22,447 bases of DNA, from contig UYFQ01000788.1 in assembly GCA_900617105.1 (NCBI GenBank), forward strand, positions 62,001 through 84,447, written 5' to 3'. This DNA comes from Hydrurus foetidus. Its lineage: Eukaryota. The notes below the pieces were generated by a model. That model searched no databases. It was not told the DNA's origin and saw nothing but the letters and a program-made list of their open reading frames with translations. Positions 1 to 9,487 of this stretch are shown piece by piece. A program made the position numbers and the translations under genes. Each line of letters starts with the position of its first letter. The stretch's first letter is position 1.

Positions 1-26
1 AATATCATGTAGATTTCTTTGCTTAC

Positions 27-182
27 TTTTGGAAAGGGAGAAAAGTACCAGCACTCCATAATGTGTTTTCCAAATAAAACATTAGCGACATTTTTGACTT
101 TCGTTATTTCCTCGTGTTCCAGCAAAGAGGCCTCGTCTAGACCTTCGTGTTCGTCGTGCTCTAACTCGGCTACTGTTGTCAC
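27..182 (-). CDS. MYST acetyltransferase, exon 3 (start of MYST domain); gene continues beyond the left edge
   Basis: Translates VTTVAELEHDEHEGLDEASLLEHEEITKVKNVANVLFGKHIMECWYFSPFPK, with the conserved HEExTKVKN and WYFSPFP motifs. It has a TAG acceptor at 185-183 and a GTAAGC donor at 26. Confidence 0.92.
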
Positions 183-331
183 CTATTAGATGGTAATTCA
201 GAATATTAGATTGTTATTGAATCATTCGGCAGTCATGAAATTTACATCTTCGCAAAACTACATCAACGTATATTTTGCCAGACAAATGCTGCGATACTAT
301 AAATATGTGAATAATAAAACATAACTCTCAC

Positions 332-546
332 CTCACTCTCCATATTCTCAAAAGAGAGATAATTAATGACAGGATCGGAATCCTCAGTACTGTCCCCCTC
401 TTCATCCTCCCCCTCCCCGCCCCCCTCTCCGTCCCCGTCTTCCCCGTTACCTCCCTCGGAAGATCGGTTAGTACGTTTTTTCGTACTTGCGCTTGAACGT
501 ACAGTACTTACTGTTTTTTTATGTGAGCTGAGAAGAACTTCATCGC
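332..546 (-). CDS. MYST acetyltransferase, exon 2 (acidic Gly/Glu-rich linker)
   Basis: The 215-nt open frame (DEVLLSSHKKTV...GEDGDGEGGGEGEDEEGDS...NMESE) bridges the phase-1 donor of exon 1 and the phase-0 acceptor of exon 3. The donor is GAG|GTGAGA at 331. The 5' boundary is uncertain. Confidence 0.65.
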
Positions 547-1422
547 CTCAGGATAAAGAAAGTGTAGAATTTAAAAGAAAATTAGGTGAATAACAGAAGA
601 AAGAATGGTGTGGATTAATTTACGATGTAAAATAAGTAAAGGTTTAAATCATCGTCACGTTGAAAACAGACCACTGAAAATCACGAAATTGCGCTAGTAA
701 CCGTAACTTAAATAAACGTAGTGTAAGAAAATAAAAATTTCAGTAGCGGATTACATTGTGACGCTGAATTGATTTTTGCGCTTATTTGAAATAAGCTTCG
801 AGATTGTATAGATAAACTCCTCTGCATCCATAGACAGACACATACTCCTCTCCCCTCCCCTCACTGTTAAGCACACACCAACTACACTCCCATGCAAATT
901 TACATTGACACTCACACTTACACACACACACACTACTTGCTCTACACACTATATGTGACTAAATCAGTTCATAGCTGACAATAGGGTGATTAGATATTTC
1001 AGTAAATGGGATTGCGTGAATGTAGGCGGAGCAACACGATTGAAAATTTTTAAGTAAAAAAACGATATGATTTGGAAATTAAGTGTAATTGACAAAAAAA
1101 CGCATACATGTTGAACCGATCGCACTTTTTTCGTTACTGATTAATGTCATGAAAATAGAAAGCAGTCATTGTTATGCGAACGAAATTTATGCAGTTACTG
1201 AACAGAAGCTGAAATACTACTGTGAACTTGTGTGTAGAAAATAAATTTCAGTAAAAATTGTGTGGTGCTGTAGGGAATCTCCTCATGTATAGAGATGTGC
1301 TATCATACCAGTAACTTCGTCACTTCATCACAGTAAATTTCACCACTGAGTAACCATAAACAGTAATGAATCAAGTAGTGTAATATTTTCTGACCACAAG
1401 ATCTAATTGTGCCTTCGATCAC

Positions 1423-1900
1423 CTGTAGGAACTTTCTTGTCGTCTGCTGGACCGTGAGAATGTGCAGCAGCATATTCCGCGCCAAGTATATTGGCTGTCG
1501 ATGGTAACTGAACAATTCTATCGCTGATGATCCATTCGTCCATTCGTCTGTTGAAATCGTTGTAGTGCACGTAATATTGCCAAACCGTCTTCTTTTCGAC
1601 AACTTTACTGTTCTTCTCAATGATCTTTGCAAGTCTGTGTGAGCCATCTCTGTATTTTACAACTAGATAATTTGAAGTCTTCAATGGATGCTCATCTTGA
1701 TCTGGATCAACTACAGCTGCCTTGCATACTTCTTTTGTATCCTTTAGTGGAGTCGACTTCGCTATCTCGGCGGCAGCAGCAGCATCGTCTCCAACAGATT
1801 TCCGTTTGTCGTCCTTTCTCGGCGCTTTAGTATTGCTGAAATTAGCGGCCCCGTTGCTACCACCGCTTGCTCTCTTCTTCGAATTCTTGGATGCTGTCAT
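1423..1900 (-). CDS. MYST-family histone acetyltransferase (Esa1/Tip60/MOF/HAM-like), exon 1 with chromo-barrel (Tudor-knot) domain
   Basis: The ORF from ATG at 1900 encodes LAKIIE...WQYYVHYNDFNRRMDEWI, the MYST chromo-barrel signature. A phase-1 donor CAG|GTGATC lies at 1422-1421. Confidence 0.9.
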
Positions 1901-2394
1901 TTCGTTATTATAAACTGAAAAACTGTGGTCAATAGATCGACACAGTCCAGAGATTAATTGTGCTCTGAATAACGTATCTCGACAGTTGAGCTCAGAGCTG
2001 AGCTAAAGCTCGAGATGCTGCTGATTGCTGCTACCTCAGCAGTACTTACTGTACGTGCACCGTGCACGCTGTGATACCTTACCCGGATTGAATTGTTTTC
2101 AGACAACCTACCGTACAGCGTACAGTATGAGCCTGAGACCGACAGCAAAATTTCACCCCACTCAATCTATCCGGGTTTTTGTTTTTATGGCGACGATTCT
2201 CCGAAACATCTTTCGTTATTTCTTTACAGTTCGTTACGTTGCTTGACTTGCCTCCGCCTACCTCCTGCAGTAATTATTCTGTCCTGGGAAATTGCTCGAA
2301 CTCTCGGCTGCCATTAGCTTCTTGCGTTGATTCCTACGAGAACTCGTCATTTACATTTTCTGCAGAGCTGTTGTCAATCTGCCACGAGTAGAAA

Positions 2395-3020
2395 ATGGGA
2401 AATGCACACTCCTTAGTAATCAACAAAACGCATAAGAAGATATGTATCATAACATTCAACCAGGCCGATCTACTGTACACAAGTAAGTGTCTTCACACGA
2501 GGGCAACATGTATCACAGGCTTGCCAACCTCTCATTTTTGCCTCGTCCTGAAACCTTCTCCATCAGCATATACGAACATCTACGTCCTAATGCCTGGTGA
2601 ATCAAAGCAAGTCGAAGCTGCAAGTGATCCAATTGGACTGAAAATTGGAATAGTATATGATGCGGCACCAGAGGGACAGATTTTGATGTATCAGATGTGG
2701 AAAGTGAAGAATGAGTCCGTTCTAACAATCACATACGTTAATGGTGGCGATATCTCGACGTTCGGTGGTAAGTTTCGCACTTAACAACGACGGGTATCTT
2801 AGGGTTCAATGTCATCATCGCTCCATTTAACCTTTGTAACTAGTGACATGCAAACCAATCGCATCGAATCTGAGCTAGATTTATTTATCAATGTATTTCA
2901 GACGACACGACCAGCATGGGTAAGCAGACCTGCCGCGAGAAGGATGAGACCTCATTTTCGGTTGCAATTGAGGCTCTTACATACCAATCGCCAGTCACCC
3001 GAGATGCGATCAGAAAGTAA
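2395..3020 (+). CDS. Small hypothetical protein (~136 aa), predicted exons 2395-2482, 2567-2767, 2902-3020; possible N-myristoylation (MGNAHS)
   Basis: GTAAGT donors at 2483 and 2768 and YAG acceptors ending 2566 and 2901 keep the frame. The spliced product is MGNAHSLVINKTHKKICIITFNQADLLYTTYTNIYVLMPGES...ISTFGDDTTSMGKQTCREKDETSFSVAIEALTYQSPVTRDAIRK*. MGxxxS fits the NMT consensus. The 3' exon is less certain. Confidence 0.6.
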
Positions 3021-3703
3021 TTCAATTATAATACCTGTTTCTTTGTGTTTTTTTATTAGAGTAGCTTGAAACTTCGATAACTTGAAATCGCGTCAGCATT
3101 CATTTCTCATCCTCGGAAACATATAGTTAAGGCAGTTTCAGACTCAGAATTCTGGCAGTTTAAATTACAAGTTTTGCTAACTGCGTGAGGTATGATATGA
3201 ATTATATTTTCCACCACTTCATTTTTATCAAAAGCACATTAATAGAAGTTTAATTTTTCACTGGCGAGTCAGGAGTTTCAGAAATTTTGGTACACTCAGT
3301 ATCTTGATTTCATGCGATGAAATTTCATTCCGATAGGAGCAGAGCAATGAGGAGTTGACCCAATCCTAACCGACCAGGTTAAGGCCGAAACGAATGGTAT
3401 TGTCGAAAACATGCTTTGAGAATATTTTCCATAGAAGTAGTTTCACATCAGTTTTCCCCTTTATAAATGGCTATCACTGAACCGAATTGAAAACAATGCG
3501 ATCTAAAATTGATACGGTCGGATGCTCCGATGACACTGTGCCGAAGTAAAGTCATGCGCAAACTTTGACACGAAAGGAGATCAAACAGCGAAAAAAAATT
3601 CTGACACATCATTTTCAACTAGGCAGCCGTTTCAATGGCTGTATTCTGAAATTTCTTCGGGCGCTTCGTTGATCAATCACGGAGCGATGTTTCACGCTGG
3701 AAT

Positions 3704-4072
3704 TTACTCTATCAATGCCTGATAATCTGCTCCAACGCGAGGTTCCCTCTTCGTCACCCCCGATGCCATCCAGACTTTTTTCGTCCTTACTCCATTATCG
3801 GTGTTCCTATGGTAGGAAGTAGCTGCAGTGTCGGAGGTGTCAGATTGTATTGTTTGGCCTGCAACAGTGATGTTTTTATTTGCCTCATCATCATTCTCCC
3901 TTGTCCCAGTGCAACTGTCAGAAGTAGATTCGCTGCCTATGGAGAGCTTCTCTATCGGATAAGGGCAATCTCTTGCGATTTGCGCTGAATTTGTTTTAGC
4001 CGCAGTATCGCCGAAAACACCCTCAGCTTCCATGCTCAACATTATTCTTTTTTTGAGCAGCGCTGACGACAT
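3704..4072 (-). CDS. 122-aa hypothetical protein with a C-terminal ELM2-like motif (PRVGADYQALI)
   Basis: Intact ATG-to-TAA ORF. The C-terminus matches the RVGxxYQAxI motif that begins ELM2 domains; the rest is low complexity. Confidence 0.6.
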   Translation of the reverse strand: MSSALLKKRIMLSMEAEGVFGDTAAKTNSAQIARDCPYPIEKLSIGSESTSDSCTGTRENDDEANKNITVAGQTIQSDTSDTAATSYHRNTDNGVRTKKVWMASGVTKREPRVGADYQALIE

Positions 4073-4260
4073 TGTCAGTTGTCCGATATTCTACAGTCGT
4101 TGATCCTTCAAATAAAAAACGATGAAGCAAATGGATGCGCATGAGCATAGGCGCGATTCTGTGCGATAGATGTGAAAGTGCGTTTAAAGTGCGATCGTTG
4201 CAAAGCTCCAAGTTCTCTGAAGTGATGCTCTCCTTCCCACAGTGTTTCGATAGGCGACAC

Positions 4261-4500
4261 AATTAATGGTGTACTGAATTAATAGTTTGATGTACTGAAT
4301 TAATAGTTTGATGTACTGAATACACCCTAACTCTAGCCCTAACCCTGATCCTGACTCTCAGTTCAGCCCTAACACTAACTCTAATCCTAACCCTAATCTT
4401 CACCCTAATCCTAACCCTAATCCAAACCTATAGTATTGATTTCAGTACATCAAACTATTAATTCAGTACACGAATCTCTCAATTCAGTACACGGTAAATT
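4261..4500. mobile_element. Non-autonomous foldback element with an internal degenerate telomeric (CCCTAA)n tract
   Basis: GTGTACTGAATTAATAGTTTGATGTACTGAA (4269-4299) is inverted at 4441-4471. The outer 20-bp ends match 17/20. The core at 4324-4430 is CCCTAA/TCCTAA/CTCTAA hexamers. Confidence 0.7.
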
Positions 4501-4582
4501 ATTTCCGAAAATAAAAAATGCTTTTATACCGTGTATACCGGAGCCACTTCTAACTTACAGGCTTAATCACCGTATCTTTTAA

Positions 4583-5208
4583 GGGTCCATGTCATAATAC
4601 CAAAGCAGAATAAAATATCCGGTTTTCGTGCCCAAAACTAAAACACCTCGGGTCACGTCCAAATCACCCCACACCATACTAAAAAAGCAAAAAATCTGGG
4701 GAACCTTCCTCTTTTTTATTTTTAGTATGGTGTGGGGTCAGCTTTTGCCCATGCCACACACACGTTTGAGTTGGATTTCGGGCATGAAAAGCAGACATTT
4801 TATTCTGCTTCGGTAATTGGCCCTATTCCAACTCGTTGGAGTTGGGAGTTTAGGGTTTTGGAGTTGGTGAAAATAGCCCGTAAAATTTTAGCGGGCTTTT
4901 TTACCAAAATCGGATTTTAACGGGCATTTTCGTTTTCGGACTCCAAAATCTAAATCGTGGAGTTGGACCCGCACCTTTTGAGTTGGGGTGAACCACCCAG
5001 TAAAAGAGTGTAAAACTCAAATTCTCGTGGTGTACTGGAAAATCCGGTGTTCACGTGACTGGCATATTTTACCAACTCCAAATCCCCAACTCCTCAACGA
5101 CATCCAAAACGAAGGAGTAGGATGAAATTTAGGCCTAAAATTTTCGTCATTTTTACAGCTCCCACCCAACCCCAACGAGTTGGAATAGGGCCAAATGCAC
5201 ATGGCATC
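4583..5208. mobile_element. Palindromic MITE (~250 bp of own sequence), interrupted in its right arm by a second MITE
   Basis: The left arm CCATGTCATAATACCAAAGCAGAATAAAAT...CCCCACACCATACTAAAAA mirrors TTTTTAGTATGGTGTGGGG...ATTTTATTCTGCTTCGGTAAT. The right end (GCACATGG) resumes after 5196. Exact ends are approximate. Confidence 0.6.
4818..5193. mobile_element. MITE, PIF/Harbinger-related (PHIS group), 3-bp AAT TSD
   Basis: TIR TGGCCCTATTCCAACTCGTTGG at both ends, with AAT at 4815-4817 and 5194-5196. Confidence 0.8.
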
Positions 5209-5231
5209 GTATGTCGTAAATCGCTCACAAG

Positions 5232-5431
5232 CGAAACATACAGAGAAAAATCCTCAAAATGTCGCCGTTCAATATAATTCCACCCAAGTTCTACCCCGAG
5301 GATTTGAGGATTTCTGGAATCTTGAAAACGAAACCTCAGATTCTGAGGTTTCATCGAGGATCTTGGGTACAGCACGTAACGTCGACGTTTGAGGATTTGA
5401 GGATTCGAGGATTTTTTCGGTGTATGTTTCG
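5232..5431. mobile_element. ~200-bp MITE/foldback element
   Basis: CGAAACATACAGAGAAAAATCCTC is imperfectly inverted as GAGGATTTTTTCGGTGTATGTTTCG. It has internal GAGGATTT repeats and a GAAACCTCAGA/TCTGAGGTTTC hairpin. No TSD was resolved. Confidence 0.6.
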
Positions 5432-5506
5432 GCTGTCATCATTCGTAAAATGTGGCGCGGATGGCTGCAGTAACAACAGAAAGTGGCTTCAGGCAAAACA
5501 ACGACC

Positions 5507-5578
5507 AGCGCGAAATCGGATTCGAACCAATGACCTAGTGAGCTGCAATCACTTGCTCTACCACTGAGCTATTCACGC
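5507..5578 (-). tRNA. trnC-GCA: tRNA-Cys(GCA), copy 1
   Basis: Full cloverleaf: acceptor GCGTGAA/TTCGCGC, D-arm GCTC-AGTGGTA-GAGC, anticodon AGTGA-TTGCAGC-TCACT, T-arm ATTGG-TTCGAAT-CCGAT. U73 discriminator, with TTTT just downstream. Confidence 0.93.
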
Positions 5579-5677
5579 CTATGCGCCACCACGTAGCATA
5601 GCACAATAGCAAGTCCTAAATTTATTCTCATCAATCAAATGGAGTGATGAGAAGAAGCACTTCCTTTCCACGTGTTA

Positions 5678-6088
5678 GGCCAGTTCTTATGGTAACCGAG
5701 TATGCCGACCCCGAAAGTATACCATTTTTGAAAAGTATACCTCGAAGCAAACTTTCACGATTCCGGCAATCTGCCACCGTTATGGTACTTTCACGGAAAG
5801 TAAAATAGTAAACCTGTACCGTACCTCCTGTATATCGACGATGTTGTGTGTGTGTAGTGTCCGGTATGCACGGAGTGCCCGGTATGGGTACTCTTTTTCG
5901 GTTCAAAGTGAACGAAGTAAACGCCGTTTACTTTGACATTTTCGGAAATGAAAAGTAAACCGTTTCTACTTTGACACTTTTCGAGATATACTTCGGTACC
6001 ATAACGGGGGGTCTTTTTGAGTTTTTTCCAAAAAACATACATCGGTGTATACTTTTCGAGGTAAACTCGGGTGCCATAAGAACTGGCC
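5678..6088. mobile_element. PIF/Harbinger (Tourist-like) MITE, TTA TSD, copy 1
   Basis: TIR GGCCAGTTCTTATGG / CCATAAGAACTGGCC with further imperfect subterminal symmetry. TTA at 5675-5677 and 6089-6091. Confidence 0.85.
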
Positions 6089-6251
6089 TTAGGCTATAGT
6101 TTCCACATTAGGCCTAGTATTATCGGATTATCGCACATGTATGTACGCTTCATATTTCCACGATGTATTGCGATTGATCTCGATTGATACTCGCCACATT
6201 ATATTTACCTTACATTGGGTGCACACACGCAATAAGAGATTCGAATATTAC

Positions 6252-7498
6252 TCAGTTTGGACGCACCGCGTCACGAACAACAGAAAGTATTCCCCCTTCC
6301 AAAGCCGATGCTTCTGTTCTGATGATTAGACGCCTCACATCCTCGATATCTGGTGCCACCCCTGCATAAAGTGCTTTACCCGACAAAGGTCCGTGACCTG
6401 CAGAAGAATAGTCGTATGTCTTGTGCAACACCATGGACTTCTCGGAGTAATAACAACTTTCTCTCCGGTCCTCTTCAGACACTCCAACAGCGCGCATGTA
6501 TGTTGTAGCAGCCTTTCGCAAAGAATGACTCGAAAAGAAGCGGGCATTCAAACCTTCTCGAGCACACATGAAGCACTTTCGCAGTACCCGGGTACTGCGA
6601 GATGGCTTCACATGTCGTTTACATTATCCCGAATCGCTCGTGCGGTCATTTCTTTTACTCGAACCCTACCATGGACCTCGGTTTTTCGCGTGAATAATCC
6701 ATCCGATATCCATCCCCAACTCCTCCTCATCCACTCAGTAAGATCATCAAGGAATCTCGATTCCTCAAGGCTTCTTCTCTCTATAAGCTTATTCTTCACA
6801 ATGCTACCACATTAGTGGGACGCAGGCTTCACCCAACAAGCTGTAAATTGACCAACCGCTTGATTCCACAGTGGGCTACCTCCTGGAATAAGCTCATTGC
6901 CGCTTTCTCGATGCAGCTCATAGGTTAAGTCGATGACACGCACGCAGTAATCAGGTGCTTTCCCTTCCTTGCAGGTGTATTCGCTTACTCTCACGTCGAT
7001 GTCGTATCCCCACATGGATGCTATGTATATCGCACGTATATCTATCTCAGGATATGTCCAACCTTTCCCCTCCCAACAGCGGGCCCGCAAATTTACTAGC
7101 ATGCTTTCGCATATTGGTAATTTGACTGTAGTCGCCTGTCCCAAATTTCTCTTGCTTCGTAGTTTTCCTGTACTCAAATTACAGGCGGATCTTGCCGCCG
7201 ATAAGACATTGCTGTCGAGAAATGACGTCGACATTAAGGCACTGACAAATTCCAACCGTACAGCCGCGAGAACTCCTGATGCTTCCAAGCCGGCGTTATA
7301 TCCTTGTTTGAGAAATATGGCTGCCATCGAGGCTCGGTCGATTTCCGAGAAGGACCTTAGGGAGGGGTCTACATCTCCGACAATACCACGAACGTAGGAG
7401 CACCACTTGACCCAATGACTATCATATTTTGCAACCATTCTGTCCCCAACAGAAAATTTCAGGAAGTTCCTGAGATCCTCTCGTTGAGCCTGGGACAT
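6252..7498 (-). pseudogene. Tyrosine recombinase of the DIRS/Ngaro-like element (in-frame stop at 6812-6814, frameshift near 6610)
   Basis: Catalytic motifs DVRVSEY (R), SHSLRKAATTYM (HxxR) and a candidate catalytic Tyr in KTYDYS. An N-terminal YDSHWVKWCSY helix is typical of DIRS YRs. Confidence 0.85.
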
Positions 7499-7689
7499 GA
7501 TGCTTTGCAGTCCTGTGTATAACAGAATGTCGTTGAATGTATGTATCGATAAATGTTATGTGTCTGCGGGGTTAGGCACCGAATCCTGCCATGGGTATCT
7601 CCTCTTATTTTTCAAGGAGACTTTCAATGTAGTCTCTCGTCGTGCACCAGAATCTCACCAAGTCTATTCAATAAGATAGCTGGGGTCAC

Positions 7690-8957
7690 ATGCTTTGATG
7701 ATATCTCCGATAGCGCTGCTCGCTCCAACGTCTAAAACTCTGCCATTGATTCCCATACTCACGGCGTACTCTTCGACTGTCATATCTGGATTAGCACCTC
7801 TACGTGACAAGCTCTCACATACGCAGTTGTCTTTACCCGGAATGTGCGTGACGGCGCCACATTCACTTCAGCCGATATGCACAACAGCGTCCATACCACG
7901 GCAGCGTGAGTAACAAGAGTACCTCTAGGTCTTTCAGTTATTGCCTATTGTAGTGCAGTAATACTATCTCCTCTCAGCTCGAGAGAGCAGTCGCGATATC
8001 CTAAACGAACAATACCAGCAATCGCCACGATTGCTCCAATGAATTCTGACAGATTTTGAAAGGAAGAGTTGTCCTGAAATCCAAGAGATGCAGTGGATAC
8101 TGCGCAGACCCCAACACAAACTTCTGCGCCATTAGTCTTCTTGTACGAGACTATACCCAACCCATTCAGAGAAGCATCGAACTCGGCAACGATTGTTGGT
8201 GCCGTTAGTGTAAAAGATTCTAGATGGCGCGTGAATTGTCTTTCATTATGCCACACCAGGCTCAGCATTGCTCTCCAGCATGATATTGCTATTCTTGCCT
8301 CTGTTAGCAATGCCAGTCTTGCGTGAGGTGAAGTCCTCCCTAATGTGAGGCGATTGAGGGCTCCACAGGAAGGTCGCGTCACTCGACAGATTCTACCAAA
8401 TCGACTGCCCCAGGAAGCCAATTCCTGTGCTTTGTGCAGAGAAATCGTCGCAGCAAGATCACAATAGAGAAAACTGTGCAGTGCGGTCAAATAGTTCTTT
8501 CTGGATATTATCATGACTCTTTTCAGATCAAGGTCCACGACATAGCCTATAATATCGAGACGTCGTCCGGATTTTTCCTTATCATCTGCGACGGCTCCAG
8601 GTCCCAACAGGTCCGTGCAAATATTGTGAGCGATTTCCAAGTCGGTTGTTAGTTGATTCTCGAAACACACCCCAATAATATCGTCGACGTACATCAGAGT
8701 CGATCCAAAGAGTTTGTGTTTTAACTCCCATTGTATGGCTCGTGTCACCACTTGAAACGCTGCAGGAGTTTCCGCCCATCCAAAGATACCGACGAGTTGC
8801 AAGTATGTCAGGTCGTTGGTTAGTGGCATGGCGAATAGCCCAACATCCTCTGGTCTGAACGATATCAATGTGTATGCTCCTTTTGGATCCATTCTCCAAA
8901 TATGTAGGGAACTCCATTCAATGCCGGGCATATCACTGAGACTTTTTTCCCAGAAGC
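7690..8957 (-). pseudogene. Reverse transcriptase-RNase H (pol, C-terminal part)
   Basis: RT motifs: MDPKGAY, GIFGWAETPAAF, YVDD, IIGYVVD. RNase H motifs: EFDAS, NLSEF, RGDS and, after a TAG at 7945-7947 and a frameshift, HIPGKDNCVCESLSR. Confidence 0.9.
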
Positions 8958-9487
8958 TAGGGTCTGACACAACCGGCTCTCCCGGCTTTGGGCCGGTTTA
9001 CACTCATCTAAAAAATCAGTCCGGCTTTTCCCGTCTTTCTTACTTTTTCATATGAAGAAATTGTTAATTTGAAAAAGTAAATGTGCCATCCTTCGGCCCT
9101 GGTGATTTCCTATCCAAAACCGTCGTAAAATCAGTACATCAATTTATCAACGAGTTTTTTCGAATTTCGGTTTTTTAATTTTTACAGTTTCGGTTATCCG
9201 GTTTTAAGATGCTGACGTCATCATCAACTTCAACTTCAACTTCACCTTCGAAATTAGCACACACAGGACAAACAGCACACACTAAACACTAAGCTCAAAG
9301 AAACGTTTTGAATTTCGAAATATTTTGAAAAGTTTTGAAATATTTTGAAAAATAAGTGATGATTTTTCCTTATTGCTGCATCGCTGCATCACTGCTCACT
9401 GCTCACTGCTCACTACATCACTTGCTGATTAATCCATTCTTCAATTGAGCAGATTAATCAACAGCACTGCACAGTGATTCTTCTAGA

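Larger units (their letters stand above)
4926..6529 (+). repeat. ~1.6-kb direct repeat, copy 1
   Basis: Near-identical to 14738-16325, from ATTTTCGTTTTCGGACTCC to CGCAAAGAATGAC. Confidence 0.95.

Noticed and set aside
366..593. Pro/Ser-rich plus-strand ORF
   Set aside because: It is the antisense shadow of MYST exon 2.
5507..5578. tRNA-Cys as a SINE head or as the retroelement's primer-binding site
   Set aside because: It is a complete cloverleaf followed by a T-run, with no SINE tail. It lies 3' of the element, and DIRS-order elements are not known to use a tRNA primer-binding site.
4628..6042. Numerous short ORFs, repeated at 14829-15875
   Set aside because: They overlap MITEs and the tRNA and are disrupted differently in the two copies.
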